DNA from: Bacillota bacterium
GTDB taxonomy: Bacteria; Bacillota; JAAYKD01
Reading direction: 5' to 3'
DNA length: 64,000 bases
NCBI GenBank assembly: GCA_963666425.2
Contig: OY762825.2
Span: 32,001-96,000, forward strand
The notes under the pieces are model-generated. The model searched no databases and was not told where the DNA came from. It saw nothing but the letters and a program-made list of their open reading frames with translations. This document shows, piece after piece, positions 10,684-23,397 of this stretch (positions within the stretch are counted from its first letter, which is position 1; each line of letters starts with the position of its first letter). Made by a program: the position numbers and the translations under genes.

Positions 10684-11379
10684 TTAGTTCACGGTGGCCT
10701 TTTCCACATAACTGCAACCGTCAGCATCCTGCAGTACCTTTAAGGCAAAGGGAAAGCTGTCGAATGCGGTGGCCATATAAAAATCCTGCGGCGGCGAAAA
10801 AGTAATGTTCTCCGGCTTAAAAAAGCGAGCGCCGGTACCACTGCGCAGGATTTCGATGGCAGCCTGCTGATCATAAGCACGGTTTTCCAATAAGCTTTGC
10901 ATATATTCGGCGCAGAAGGTGTCTTCCTCTGTGGGGTGCAGGTTTTCCTGTCCCATACAGACCAGGCTGACCTGTGCCGGATTTTGCCGACGGATATAGT
11001 CTACATTAGCTTTGGCGTTGGTCAAAGCGCCGACCAAGATTTCTTCTGCCAAAACAGCGGCACCGATGCCTTGCGTACCGGCACTGGTGCAGTGGATTAA
11101 GGTTTTGCCTTGCAGATCCTGCAGACTGATTTCATAAGGTGAATTACCAAAATCGAAGCCCGGCATTTTTCTGGAATGACGTTCGCCAGCTAAGAGCCAG
11201 TCGGGATGCGCTGCTTTCAAAGCCAAAGCATCTTCGATGGCGGCCACAGGGTAGATACGGCTGATCCCCTGACGGAATGCCTGACATTCAACGGTATAGG
11301 CGCGGAATACATCAATGATCACGACAATGCCTTTTGCTTGCGCCGCACCCGCGGTCAATTGTAAAATCTCAATCTTCAT
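10684..11379 (-). CDS. 2-phosphosulfolactate phosphatase (ComB) family protein
   Basis: VIIDVFRA, AGER, FDFGNSP, TSAGT and EDTFCA motifs. Confidence 0.88.
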   Translation of the reverse strand: MKIEILQLTAGAAQAKGIVVIIDVFRAYTVECQAFRQGISRIYPVAAIEDALALKAAHPDWLLAGERHSRKMPGFDFGNSPYEISLQDLQGKTLIHCTSAGTQGIGAAVLAEEILVGALTNAKANVDYIRRQNPAQVSLVCMGQENLHPTEEDTFCAEYMQSLLENRAYDQQAAIEILRSGTGARFFKPENITFSPPQDFYMATAFDSFPFALKVLQDADGCSYVEKATVN

Positions 11380-11547
11380 GCTGCTGCCTCCTGTTAACCC
11401 GGTTAAAAATGTCTATACCGGATTGATTATTTTGTCCTACTATTCTGGAAAAAAGAGAGAAATCCTGCCTTGCTTTCAATACAAAAATCATTCTTATGCT
11501 TCCTTTGCTGTCAAACATGAAAAATAAGCGATTCTTTAGAAGCAGCA

Positions 11548-11577
11548 GCAGGAAAATTGCGCAGAGATTGAGAATTA
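11548..11577 (+). promoter_or_regulatory. SigH-like promoter upstream of tilS
   Basis: GCAGGAAAA-N12-TGAGAATTA closely resembles the RNAGGAWWW-N11/12-RNNGAATWW consensus. Confidence 0.5.
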
Positions 11578-11603
11578 TAGTTGTATTTGGAGTGTGAAGA
11601 ACA

Positions 11604-12983
11604 ATGATCCAAAGAATCAGAGCAATTATCGAGACAAATCAATTATTCAATAAGGGAGAGAGGCTGCTGATTGGCGTATCGGGTGGCCCTGACTCCCTTT
11701 TTCTGCTTCTCGTTCTGCATGCTTTAGCCACGGATTTTCAATGGCAGCTTGCCGTCGCTCATCTCAATCATGGCCTGCGCGGGCAGGAAGCCTGTGAAGA
11801 AGAGGCATTCGTGCAGCAATGGGCAGAAAAATTAGGGCTGCCTTTTTTTCATCAGCGTACAGATATTCGGGCGTTGGCTCAAGTCAGAAAACTGGGGGAA
11901 GAGGAAGCCGGCCGTTTTGCCCGTTATACTTTCTTTCAGAAAGCGGCAGCCGAATTTCAGGCTACCGCGCTTGTTCTGGGCCATCAGGCAGACGATCAAG
12001 TGGAGAATTTTTTTCTGAGACTGCTGCGCGGCAGCGGCTCGGTTGGTTTATCGGCAATGCCAATCACGCGGCCGCTGACAGATCAGCTCCGCCTGGTTCG
12101 CCCCTTAGTTTCGATCAGCCACGCCGAAATCATCGCCTGGCTGGAAGCACATCAGATCGTCTATTGTCTGGATCCCTCCAACAACAGCAATGCCTATCAG
12201 CGTAACCAAATCCGCCATCATTTGTTTGGGCAACTGCGAGAAATCGCACCTGCTTTTGAACCGCACATTCTGCATACGCAGGAACTGTTGGCGGCAGATG
12301 AAGCCTACTTACAGGGTGCCATGGAGCAGGCTGCGGCGGCGTTGCCACAGGATCCTTTTGGCTTCTGCTCGATGGCGACAGCGGATTATTTGCGGATGTC
12401 TCCGGTTTTGCGTTCGCGCTGGCTGCGGCAGCAATTTTTTCTGCTCAAGCAAGGAGAAGAAAATCTGCAGTATCAGCATCATCAGGAAATTGAACGGCAG
12501 ATCAGAGCAAAAACCAGTGCTTGGCAATATTCCCTGCCGGGAAAAGTAATTTTCCGACTCAGCTGCGGCAGATTATTTCTGCTGCCAGCCGAGACAGTGC
12601 CGGTGCAGCTGGAGCGAACCTACACGCTGCCGCCGACAGACCAGTGGCCCTGCAGCAGGAGTCTTGCTGGCTGCGGCACACTCTTCTTTGCTTCTCTGCC
12701 GGCAGCCATGCGTAAGCAAGCCGGTGTGCTGGGTGAACAGGCCTTACAGCAGTCCTTCCATTTACGCAATTGGCGAAAGGGAGATCGGATCGCGCTGTCG
12801 AATGGTGGTCATAAGAGCGTGGCTGACTTCTGGCAGGAAAACTCTATCCCACTGCCCTGGCGCTTTCGATATCCGTTGTTTTTGCTGGGGGAGACGATTG
12901 TTTTTATTCCCGGTCTTTATACAGCGCTTGCTCTGCAGCCACAGCAGGCAGAAAAGCAAGTTTATCGCATTCTCCTGCAATAG
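11604..12983 (+). CDS. tilS: tRNA(Ile)-lysidine synthetase
   Basis: SGGPDS, HLNHGLR and RNQIRH motifs; tilS-hpt-ftsH synteny. Confidence 0.95.
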   Translation: MIQRIRAIIETNQLFNKGERLLIGVSGGPDSLFLLLVLHALATDFQWQLAVAHLNHGLRGQEACEEEAFVQQWAEKLGLPFFHQRTDIRALAQVRKLGEEEAGRFARYTFFQKAAAEFQATALVLGHQADDQVENFFLRLLRGSGSVGLSAMPITRPLTDQLRLVRPLVSISHAEIIAWLEAHQIVYCLDPSNNSNAYQRNQIRHHLFGQLREIAPAFEPHILHTQELLAADEAYLQGAMEQAAAALPQDPFGFCSMATADYLRMSPVLRSRWLRQQFFLLKQGEENLQYQHHQEIERQIRAKTSAWQYSLPGKVIFRLSCGRLFLLPAETVPVQLERTYTLPPTDQWPCSRSLAGCGTLFFASLPAAMRKQAGVLGEQALQQSFHLRNWRKGDRIALSNGGHKSVADFWQENSIPLPWRFRYPLFLLGETIVFIPGLYTALALQPQQAEKQVYRILLQ

Positions 12984-13090
12984 ACATAAAATTGTTAAGA
13001 ATAAGCACTTATCAGAATGAAGAAATTATGTTACAATAATATATTACAGGTGTAATACCGTCTCGGGAGTGAGAGGAAAGGAAAAATCCT

Positions 13091-13645
13091 ATGAATTTAG
13101 AGAACAACATCGAGCGTGTTTATCTTAGTGCTGAGACTTTGGCGGCAAAAGTAGAGGAAATTGGCAAGCAAGTCAGCAGCTTTTACGCGCCGGATGACGA
13201 ATTGGTAGTGGTCGGCGTTTTGAACGGGTCTTTTTGCTTTATGGCGGATCTGGTAAGGAAAATCCAGCAGCCTGTAACCGTGGAATTTTTCGGCTGCTCC
13301 AGTTATGGTAAAAGCACAGAAACCAGTGGCAATCTGAAGATCACCAAAGATCTGGATCATGATATCAACGGTAAAAATGTCTTGATAGTGGAAGATATTA
13401 TTGATTCCGGCTTGACACTGTTCCGTATGAAAGCCCTGCTGAGCAAAAGAAATCCCAAATCGATCCGGGTCGCGGTACTCTTGGATAAACCCAACCGCCG
13501 CAAAGTAGAGATCACGGGCGATTTCACCGGTTTTGAAATTGAAGATTACTTTGTCGTCGGGTATGGTTTGGACTATGCGGACAAATATAGAAATCTGCCT
13601 TACATTGGCATTTTAAAACCGCAGGCGTATGCACTGCAAAGTTAA
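13091..13645 (+). CDS. hpt: Hypoxanthine phosphoribosyltransferase
   Basis: VEDIIDSGLT and FVVGYGLDY motifs. Confidence 0.96.
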   Translation: MNLENNIERVYLSAETLAAKVEEIGKQVSSFYAPDDELVVVGVLNGSFCFMADLVRKIQQPVTVEFFGCSSYGKSTETSGNLKITKDLDHDINGKNVLIVEDIIDSGLTLFRMKALLSKRNPKSIRVAVLLDKPNRRKVEITGDFTGFEIEDYFVVGYGLDYADKYRNLPYIGILKPQAYALQS

Positions 13646-13687
13646 CCAACAGAGCAAACGATTTTTGATATTGAGAGGAGTATCCAT

Positions 13688-15538
13688 TTGAAAAAGTTAT
13701 TGCGTTCAGCACCGCTTTATTTGCTGATCATCCTAATTGCCGTCGCCGTTTTGAATTTCTTCATGACAGAACAGACGCAGCCGTTGGCACTGGAATATAA
13801 TACTTTCCGGGAGTATCTGAGCAACGGTCAAATCAGCGCAGTCGTCCAGACAGCTCAGGAAATCAACGGCAGCTTAACTGACGGCAGTACGTTTACCACC
13901 GTAATACCGGAAGCGGACGAAGAAGTGGTCAATAAGCTGATTTTAGAGAATACCGTCAAATATCAAGTGAAACTGCCGCCAGAAACACCCTGGTGGACCG
14001 GTTTGCTCAATACCTTATTTATGTTCGGCTTATTCATTGCTTTCTATTACTTCTTTATGCAGCAAAATAATGGCGGTGGCAATAAAGTGATGTCGTTCGG
14101 CCGCAGCCGTGCCAAACTGCAGCAAGGCGGCGCCAAGCAGATCACCTTTAAAGATGTCGCCGGTTACGAAGAGGTGAAGGAAGAACTGCAGGAAATCGTA
14201 GAATTCCTGCGGCAGCCAAAACGCTTTGTCGATATGGGTGCCCGTATCCCCAAAGGAGTCCTGCTCTATGGCCCACCGGGAACCGGTAAAACCTGGATGG
14301 CCAAAGCAGTAGCCGGGGAAGCAGGAGTTCCTTTCTTCAGCATCAGCGGCTCCGATTTTGTTGAAATGTTTGTTGGTGTTGGTGCCTCGCGTGTGCGTGA
14401 TTTATTCGAAACCGCCAAAAAGAGCGCTCCCTGTATTGTTTTCATCGATGAAATTGATGCGGTTGGCCGACAAAGAGGCGCCGGTCTGGGCGGTGGACAC
14501 GATGAACGTGAGCAGACACTCAATCAGCTGCTGGTGGAGATGGATGGTTTTGAAGCCAACGATGGTATCATCATCCTTGCCGCTACCAACCGTCCCGATA
14601 TTCTCGACCCTGCTTTGCTGCGCCCGGGCCGTTTTGACCGCCAGGTCGCCGTGGATCGCCCCGATGTCAGTGAAAGAGAAGCGGTTCTGCAGGTGCATGT
14701 GCGCAACAAACCATTGGCGGAAGGCATTAATTTAAAAATCATCGCGCGCTCGACGCCGGGTTTCACCCCGGCTGATTTGGAGAACTTAGTCAACGAAGCC
14801 GCTCTGCTGGCAGCCAGACGGGATAAAACGAAAATAGAAATGTCTGATATGGAAGAAGCCATCAATCGTGTGATTGCCGGGCCGGCCAAAAAATCACGGC
14901 TGATGAGTGAAAAAGAAAAGAAACTCAGCGCTTATCACGAAGCGGGACACGCCATTGTAGCGCATTATTTGACGGATTTTGATCCGGTACATATGGTGAC
15001 TATCGTTCCCCGCGGACGGGCGGGCGGCTTTACTTCCGTGGTACCGGAAGAAGACCGCTATTATGTCACAAAGAAAGATATTTATAACTCCATCGCCTAT
15101 GCCTTAGGCGGACGCGTGGCAGAAAGCATGGTCTTTGGCGAAGTATCGACCGGAGCCAGCAATGATTTGGAGCGCGTGACCGATATGGCGCATCGTTTGG
15201 TGACGGAATATGGCATGAGTGAAAAGCTCGGACCGATGACCTTCGGCAATAAACAGCACGAAGTCTTCCTCGGCAGGGATCTCTCTCAGGGAAGAACTTA
15301 TAGTGAAGAAGTAGCCGCTGTCATCGATGAGGAAGTGCGTTTGGTGGTGGATTCCTGTTACAAACAGGCGACCGCACTGTTGCAGCTGCATCGGGCGAAA
15401 CTGGATCTGCTGGCGGAAACCTTAATGGAAAAAGAAACCGTCAAGGGTGAGGAACTGAACGCTTTGTTTGCTCAGATCGCTGCTCTAACCGAGAACGGCC
15501 TCAAGACAGCACAGGGAGAGGATGAAACAATTGAATAA
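13688..15538 (+). CDS. ftsH: ATP-dependent zinc metalloprotease FtsH
   Basis: Two TM helices, [16 protein letters not shown] and HEAGH motifs. Confidence 0.97.
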   Translation: MKKLLRSAPLYLLIILIAVAVLNFFMTEQTQPLALEYNTFREYLSNGQISAVVQTAQEINGSLTDGSTFTTVIPEADEEVVNKLILENTVKYQVKLPPETPWWTGLLNTLFMFGLFIAFYYFFMQQNNGGGNKVMSFGRSRAKLQQGGAKQITFKDVAGYEEVKEELQEIVEFLRQPKRFVDMGARIPKGVLLYGPPGTGKTWMAKAVAGEAGVPFFSISGSDFVEMFVGVGASRVRDLFETAKKSAPCIVFIDEIDAVGRQRGAGLGGGHDEREQTLNQLLVEMDGFEANDGIIILAATNRPDILDPALLRPGRFDRQVAVDRPDVSEREAVLQVHVRNKPLAEGINLKIIARSTPGFTPADLENLVNEAALLAARRDKTKIEMSDMEEAINRVIAGPAKKSRLMSEKEKKLSAYHEAGHAIVAHYLTDFDPVHMVTIVPRGRAGGFTSVVPEEDRYYVTKKDIYNSIAYALGGRVAESMVFGEVSTGASNDLERVTDMAHRLVTEYGMSEKLGPMTFGNKQHEVFLGRDLSQGRTYSEEVAAVIDEEVRLVVDSCYKQATALLQLHRAKLDLLAETLMEKETVKGEELNALFAQIAALTENGLKTAQGEDETIE

Positions 15539-16163
15539 CTTGCTTGATCTCACGGTCAACGATTTTTTACAGGAACTGTCATCTGATTCACCTGCTCCCG
15601 GTGGTGGTTCCGTCTCCGCTTTTGCCATAGCCATGGCAGCTTCTTTGACTGAAATGGTCGCAAATCTGACCTTAGGCAGAAAGAAATACGCCGAGGTTAG
15701 CGCAGAAATGACGGAATTGCTGGCGTTGGCAGCGAAGCATGCCTTAGCAGCCAGACATTTGGTAGATTTAGACAGCGAAGCCTACACGCAGGTCATGCAG
15801 GCTTATCAGCTGCCCAAAGAGACAGCGGCAGAGAAAAGCGCGCGTCGTGCAGCGATTTTAGCTGCCACCCGAAATGCCATCGAGGTACCCAAACAAACCG
15901 CCTCACTCGCTTATGAAGTCATGAAACTGGTGCAGGTTGCTTTAGCCAAAGGCAACAGCAACACGGCCAGTGACGGTCTGGTCGCTTCCTATTTGGCATT
16001 AGCGGGCTGTAAAGGAGCGATTGCCAATATCAGGATCAATCTGACCGGGTTGAAAGAGCCTGAGGAAGCGGCGGAGTATGATCAGTTTTGTCAGGATCTG
16101 CTGGTAAAAATGGAAGCGTTGGCACTGCAGGCAGAAATCCGAGCGAAACCTACCTTAGGCTAA
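15522..16163 (+). CDS. Cyclodeaminase/cyclohydrolase (FTCD_C) family protein
   Basis: SDSPAPGGGSVSA, MVANLT and GNSNTASD motifs. Confidence 0.88.
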   Translation: MKQLNNLLDLTVNDFLQELSSDSPAPGGGSVSAFAIAMAASLTEMVANLTLGRKKYAEVSAEMTELLALAAKHALAARHLVDLDSEAYTQVMQAYQLPKETAAEKSARRAAILAATRNAIEVPKQTASLAYEVMKLVQVALAKGNSNTASDGLVASYLALAGCKGAIANIRINLTGLKEPEEAAEYDQFCQDLLVKMEALALQAEIRAKPTLG

Positions 16164-16208
16164 CGCGAATTCAGTAATAGGAAAATCCTCACTAAAGGAG
16201 AGCATAAG

Positions 16209-17924
16209 ATGAAAATGTCAAAAATGTTCGGCCGGACGATCCGCGAAGTTCCTGCCGAAGCCGAGATAGACAGCCATAAACTCCTGCTGCGGGCAGGATT
16301 AGTCCGAAAAATGGCCTCCGGTATCTATCAATATGATCCACTGGCCTGGCGCTCGATGAAAAAGATTCAGGAGATCCTCCGCTCGGAGATGGATGGCGTG
16401 GGGGCGCAGGAAATCAATATGCCCCTGGCGCAGCCGGCCGAATTGTGGCAGGAATCGGGGCGTTGGTATAGTGTCGGTCCCGAAATGGCCCGCTTTAAAG
16501 ACCGCAGCGGCCGCGATATGGTCTTGGCCATCACGCATGAGGAAGCCGTTACGGATCTGGTGCGCAACGAAATTAACAGTTATAAGCAATTGCCACTGGC
16601 TTTGTATCAAATCCAGATGAAGTTTCGCGATGAAGCCCGCCCGCGCGCCGGTTTGATTCGGGTGCGTGAGTTTTATATGAAGGACGCCTATAGCTTTCAT
16701 CAATCGGAAGCAGATCTGGATGCTTATTATGAAGTAATGACGCAAGCCTATTTCCGTATTTTCCATCGCGCGGGTTTGGATGTGATTACTGTCAAATCGG
16801 ACAATGGCAATATCGGCGGTAAAGTCTCGCATGAGTATATGTATGTTACTCCCATAGGCGAAGACAGCCTGATTTTATGTGACCAGTGCAATTATGCCGC
16901 CAATCAGGAAGTTGCCGAGACTCAAAGCTGGGTAAACTCTCCGGCAGAAATGCTGCCTTTGGAGGAAGTATTTACGCCAGGCAGCAAAACGATTGCTCAA
17001 GTAGCCGCTTATCTGCAAGCCGAAGCGCAGGATTGTCTGAAAGCACTCTTCTATGTATCCAAAGGGCAATTGATCATGATTGCCATCCGCGGCGACTTGG
17101 AACTCAATGAATTGAAGCTGAAGAAAATTCTGGATGATGCCAATGTCCGTTTGGCCAATGAAGATGAAGTGAGCCGGGCAGGAATCGTAGCCGGATACGC
17201 TTCACCCATCGGTTATGAAGGCAGAATTTTAGTGGACGCTTCCATTGTGGCAGGTAAAAACTGGATCGCCGGTGCCAATAAAGCAGAACATCATCTGCGC
17301 AATGTCAATCTTGACCGTGATTTCAAGGCCGAAGGACCATATGATTTGGTTTCAGTCAAAGCCGGAGCGCTTTGCCCCGTTTGCGGCGGCTCTTTGCGGG
17401 AAGCGCGTGGCGTGGAGGTTGGCAATATCTTTAAACTGGGTACCAAGTATTCTTCCTCCATGAAAGCGACATTCTTAGATGAAAACGGAGAAAATCTGCC
17501 TTTGGTGATGGGCTGTTACGGCATCGGTTTAGGACGTTTGCTTTCCTGCACCATAGAAGAACATCATGATGCAGCCGGGATTATCTGGCCGATGACCGTC
17601 GCTCCTTATCACGTCTATTTATGTTCTGTCGGTGGCAATGATGATGTAGTGGCCAAAGCGGATCAACTCTATCAGGAAATGCAGGATGCCGGGATCGAAG
17701 TTTTATATGATGACCGCGATCTGCGCCCCGGGGTGAAATTTAACGATGCGGACTTGATTGGTCTGCCGATTCGTGTGATTGTTTCCGCTCGCAGCTTAGC
17801 TGCCGAGCAGGTAGAACTGAAAGAGCGCAAAAAACAGGAAGCAGTTAAATTGTCCTTGCAGGAAGCAATTCCCTTCATTCAGAATTTGATTCAAACTGAA
17901 TTGACCGCCTGGAAAAATCAATAA
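16209..17924 (+). CDS. proS: Proline--tRNA ligase with INS editing domain
   Basis: KFRDEARPR, REFYMKDAYSF and MGCYGIG motifs. Confidence 0.96.
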   Translation: MKMSKMFGRTIREVPAEAEIDSHKLLLRAGLVRKMASGIYQYDPLAWRSMKKIQEILRSEMDGVGAQEINMPLAQPAELWQESGRWYSVGPEMARFKDRSGRDMVLAITHEEAVTDLVRNEINSYKQLPLALYQIQMKFRDEARPRAGLIRVREFYMKDAYSFHQSEADLDAYYEVMTQAYFRIFHRAGLDVITVKSDNGNIGGKVSHEYMYVTPIGEDSLILCDQCNYAANQEVAETQSWVNSPAEMLPLEEVFTPGSKTIAQVAAYLQAEAQDCLKALFYVSKGQLIMIAIRGDLELNELKLKKILDDANVRLANEDEVSRAGIVAGYASPIGYEGRILVDASIVAGKNWIAGANKAEHHLRNVNLDRDFKAEGPYDLVSVKAGALCPVCGGSLREARGVEVGNIFKLGTKYSSSMKATFLDENGENLPLVMGCYGIGLGRLLSCTIEEHHDAAGIIWPMTVAPYHVYLCSVGGNDDVVAKADQLYQEMQDAGIEVLYDDRDLRPGVKFNDADLIGLPIRVIVSARSLAAEQVELKERKKQEAVKLSLQEAIPFIQNLIQTELTAWKNQ

Positions 17925-17932
17925 CAAGCATC

Positions 17933-17976
17933 AAATTGCGTGATTCTTTCCATAGGAGATGAATCACGCAATTTTA
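17933..17976 (+). terminator. Putative terminator after proS
   Basis: AAATTGCGTGATTC / GAATCACGCAATTT inverted repeat. Confidence 0.7.
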
Positions 17977-18172
17977 CATAGGTTTTATTATTTTCCTCTT
18001 GTTCTCTGAATTTGTTTGGGTGTATAATGAAACCATGGAGAAATCCCATACTTGCCAGAGGAGCGTAAGGAATCAACGCCATTCGCTCCGGAAGAAGAGG
18101 AAACTTGACCGAACCAGCAGATGGTTTATCGGTATGAAAGTAATAGAGATCGAAAGAGGAAGGAGTCTAGCG

Positions 18173-19921
<1,749 letters not shown>

Positions 19922-19932
19922 AAAATAAGAAC

Positions 19933-19994
19933 GAGCCAAGGGGACGGGGGTGTTGGCACATACTAATGTGCCAACACCCCCGTCCCCTTGGCTC
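19933..19994. repeat. Long palindrome P1 (29-bp arms, 4-nt loop)
   Basis: GAGCCAAGGGGACGGGGGTGTTGGCACAT-acta-perfect inverse. Confidence 0.95.
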
Positions 19995-20001
19995 CCTTGG
20001 T

Positions 20002-20373
20002 TCAGAATGACCTGACCATTGCTTCAGCACCGGCAACCGATAGGATGCACAAAGTAACACTTAAACCAATATAGATTAAAGCGCTGAAAGTCTGTCCGTT
20101 TTGAAAAAGCTGATGAGATTCTAGTGAAAAAGTAGAAAATGTGGTGAAACCACCGCACAAGCCTACTTTCAGAAATAAAATCATATGCTCATCGACATGG
20201 CTGGACTTCGCTGCGGTAGCTGCAATGAGACCGATGACAAACGAACCGGTGATGTTGATGATTAAAGTCGTGATCGGCAAGTTCATTTGAGATTTGATTG
20301 GCATCTGACTGAGCAGATAGCGGAAGATTGAACCCAAAAAGCCTCCGATGCCAACAAAGAAACAATTCAGCAT
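20002..20373 (-). CDS. crcB: Fluoride channel CrcB/FluC
   Basis: GGFLGSIFRY, INITGSF and GLCGGFTTFSTF motifs. Confidence 0.95.
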   Translation of the reverse strand: MLNCFFVGIGGFLGSIFRYLLSQMPIKSQMNLPITTLIINITGSFVIGLIAATAAKSSHVDEHMILFLKVGLCGGFTTFSTFSLESHQLFQNGQTFSALIYIGLSVTLCILSVAGAEAMVRSF

Positions 20374-20426
20374 AGTGATCTCCTTTATTTTTGTTGCTTA
20401 TGGGAGTAATGAATTCTCATTTTGCT

Positions 20427-20455
20427 AGCTTAACATTTTTCGAAAACAAAGTCAA
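20427..20455 (-). promoter_or_regulatory. SigA-like promoter of crcB
   Basis: Minus strand TTGACT-N17-TAAGCT. Confidence 0.45.
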
Positions 20456-20555
20456 TTCAAAACTGACTGCACCGCATCAATACGTTTCGTATGCAAAACC
20501 GAAAATAAAAGGGATCTCTGCTCGAAGAGAAGAATTGGAATAAATGAAATAAAAA

Positions 20556-20584
20556 TGTGCCAACACCCCCGTCCCCTTGGCACA
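20556..20584. repeat. Half palindrome P2
   Basis: TGTGCCAACACCCCCGTCCCCTTGGCACA, one arm of P1, itself an 8-bp stem hairpin. Confidence 0.9.
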
Positions 20585-20808
20585 GGGAACAAATTGAGGA
20601 ATTCTACGACTAACTAATATAACTTCTGCATCAGGTTGATAGGGAGCTGTCTGGCGTGAGGGAAAGGACGGATTTTCCAATTGGGGAGAAGAAAGGATGA
20701 TTTTATGAAACGCTTGGTTTTTTGGTTAGGCATGGACGATCGAATCAATGCCGTTTTGCATCAGCAGAGCCACGGTGGCGGGGGATTTTACTTAAAACAG
20801 GTGTCGAA

Positions 20809-21501
20809 ATGAAGAAGATTGCGATAATCCCGGTCTACAATGAGCAGAATAATATCATACAGGTGATGAATGATCTGAAGACGAATGCTCCTGATTTCGA
20901 TACTGTGATCATTAATGACGGATCAACCGATCATACGATTGAAGCGTGCAGGGGACATGGCTTCAATGTGATCAGTCTGCCAAGCAATGCGGGAATCGGT
21001 GCCAGTGTGCAGACAGGATATATTTATGCCTTGGAGAAAGGGTACGATATTGCTGTGCAATTTGATGGTGATGGGCAGCATGAAGCCAAGTTCTTAGGAA
21101 AATTGTATGATACAATGATTAGAACAGAGAGTGACATGGTCATTGGCTCCAGGTATCTCGCGAAGCAAGGTTTCCAATCCACAGCAATGAGAAGAATCGG
21201 CATTCGATTTTTGTCAAGCCTGATTAGAATTTTATATCGACAGAAAATAAGGGATGTTACCTCGGGACAGCGAATGGTCAATAGAAAAGTCATGGCTTTT
21301 TTTGCCGAATATTACCCTTATGATTATCCTGAACCGGAGACATTAGCTTTATGTATGCGGGAGAGATTTAAAGTGACAGAAGTGCCTGTCATCATGCGCT
21401 CTCGAAAAGATGGAAATTCTTCGATTGGCATCAGACAATCGGTTTATTATATGCTGAAGGTCAGTTTTTTTATTCTGGTTGGTTATTTTAAACAGTCCTA
21501 G
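20809..21501 (+). CDS. GT2 polyprenol-phosphate glycosyltransferase
   Basis: IIPVYNE, INDGSTD, QFDGDGQH, GSR and DVTSG motifs. Confidence 0.9.
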   Translation: MKKIAIIPVYNEQNNIIQVMNDLKTNAPDFDTVIINDGSTDHTIEACRGHGFNVISLPSNAGIGASVQTGYIYALEKGYDIAVQFDGDGQHEAKFLGKLYDTMIRTESDMVIGSRYLAKQGFQSTAMRRIGIRFLSSLIRILYRQKIRDVTSGQRMVNRKVMAFFAEYYPYDYPEPETLALCMRERFKVTEVPVIMRSRKDGNSSIGIRQSVYYMLKVSFFILVGYFKQS

Positions 21502-21543
21502 TAAACAAGAGAAGCCGCGAAGCGAAGAAGGAATAGGTGCAAA

Positions 21544-23397
21544 ATGAAGTCCTTCACAAATAGAATATCTGGATTTATTGTTTGGGTTTTATTTTCTTGC
21601 ACGTTGATTTACGCATCGATTTTTTTAAATTGGCAGCAAGAAAATCAGCAAAACAAGTTAACTGTAGTGATCTTTCTGATCATCGTTTTAATCCTGATAG
21701 CTGTGATCTGGCTGGTTCAGAATAGAAAAAAGGCAGGAACGGCAACCCTGACGCTCATGCAGGCACGTCCATCGTCTTTTCTGTTCGCGGGTCTCTTCAG
21801 TTTACTGGTTGGGTTTTTTTTCTTTGGCAAAACGTTTTTATATGAAGAAACCGGTTATTGGCTTTCTTTGGATCGTCTTCGTTATTTTCTTCTGCTTTGT
21901 ATCCCCATTTATGTCTACCTCCTATTCACTTTTACTATGCTCGATCGATTTAAATCGGTCATCGCGGAGCAGCCAAAGGAACCGGTGAGGCAGAAGGATA
22001 AGCTGAACTTAAAAACACATTACCTCTTGCTTTGGGTCCTGCAAATTGCCTTGCTTGGGGTTTATTTCTATGCCTTCTATCCAGGCAATATGTCTTATGA
22101 TACCTATAATCAGGTAAGTCAGCTGAAGGGTTTGATTCCCTTTAATACCTGGCATCCGATTGGCCACACGCTGCTGATTGGTTTATTACTGAAGATTTGG
22201 GATAATTACGCTGCGATTACCATTTTTCAGATACTCGTTTTTGCATCTGTTACTTCCGCCTTTTATGTCACTCTGTTGCGCAATCGAGTCAAATGGCAGA
22301 TCATTTATCTTCTAGCCGTCACCTTAAGTGCGATTCCATCTACCGGTATCAATGTAGTCACCCAATGGAAAGATATCCCTTTTACGGTCGGCCTATTGTG
22401 GGGCACGCTGATTCTGTTTAAAATGAGCCTGGAGAAGGCTTATTTCAGTAAGTTCAGTCACGGCGTTGAGTTTCTCTTCTGTTTGCTGACCGTCTCGTTG
22501 TTTCGTTATAACGGTATTCTTGCCTTCCTTGGTCTGTTGCTTTTTGCTTTCGTCTATGTAATAAAAAGCCATAACAAAATTCAGATTCGAAATTATACCC
22601 TATCGGCTTTGCTGATTATGACGGTTTTTTTTACGATCAACAGTGTGATTCCTGCTCGATTAAGTGCTGATCTGAATCCAGCGGGAATGAAACTGCGTCC
22701 GATCTATCAAGGTCTGGCTGCCGTTTATGCGAAGGGAGGAGAAGAAGACCTTAGCCCTGCCAGCTGCGCTTTGATCGAGTCTGTCTGCAGTCAAGAGCAG
22801 CTGGAGGATTATTACAATCCTTATTTTGCGGATATTATCTCGAACAATGTTCCTGATTTTTTGATCAACCTATCAGCAATTGATACCGCAGACGCCTTAA
22901 AAATGTATATTGAAGCTCTGCTTGTTCATCCGGAAGTGGTGATCGCGGATAAGTTGAATCTGGCAATTACGATGTGGTCGGTTACGAGCGACCAATTCAG
23001 TTACAATAACGCCTATACGACGGCGATTGAACCGGAAATGCAAAAGGTATTTGGCGTGACCAGAACCGGTAATGATTTAACAGAGGTGATTGAAAAAATA
23101 GCCGGAGCTACATTTCAAGAGAATTACTTTATCAATACGCTGATTTGGCGGCCGGGATTTTATCTGGCCTTGGAATTTATCCTGATGTTTTATTTAATCA
23201 TCAGAAGAGATAAAAGACTCAGCTTAATGATACCCTTGATTTGTAATGGTTTGATCGTTTTTTTGACGATGCCTGCTCAGGATTATCGCTATCTTTGGTT
23301 TATTGCGCTGCTTTTTCCATTTTTGGTTTTGGCCTGCAGTGTTCCATTACCAGAGGAAAAAATAGAGGATAGGAAAGGGAGAGATGTGCTTGGTTAA
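21544..23397 (+). CDS. Polytopic membrane protein, probable GT-C glycosyltransferase (DUF6020-like)
   Basis: Many TM segments; YPGNMSYD, WHP..HT, WKD and RYNG motifs. Confidence 0.65.
   Translation: MKSFTNRISGFIVWVLFSCTLIYASIFLNWQQENQQNKLTVVIFLIIVLILIAVIWLVQNRKKAGTATLTLMQARPSSFLFAGLFSLLVGFFFFGKTFLYEETGYWLSLDRLRYFLLLCIPIYVYLLFTFTMLDRFKSVIAEQPKEPVRQKDKLNLKTHYLLLWVLQIALLGVYFYAFYPGNMSYDTYNQVSQLKGLIPFNTWHPIGHTLLIGLLLKIWDNYAAITIFQILVFASVTSAFYVTLLRNRVKWQIIYLLAVTLSAIPSTGINVVTQWKDIPFTVGLLWGTLILFKMSLEKAYFSKFSHGVEFLFCLLTVSLFRYNGILAFLGLLLFAFVYVIKSHNKIQIRNYTLSALLIMTVFFTINSVIPARLSADLNPAGMKLRPIYQGLAAVYAKGGEEDLSPASCALIESVCSQEQLEDYYNPYFADIISNNVPDFLINLSAIDTADALKMYIEALLVHPEVVIADKLNLAITMWSVTSDQFSYNNAYTTAIEPEMQKVFGVTRTGNDLTEVIEKIAGATFQENYFINTLIWRPGFYLALEFILMFYLIIRRDKRLSLMIPLICNGLIVFLTMPAQDYRYLWFIALLFPFLVLACSVPLPEEKIEDRKGRDVLG

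Noticed and set aside
20374-20460. Fluoride riboswitch upstream of crcB
   Set aside because: The conserved GGNGAUG...CUAAUG-type motif is not seen in the short leader
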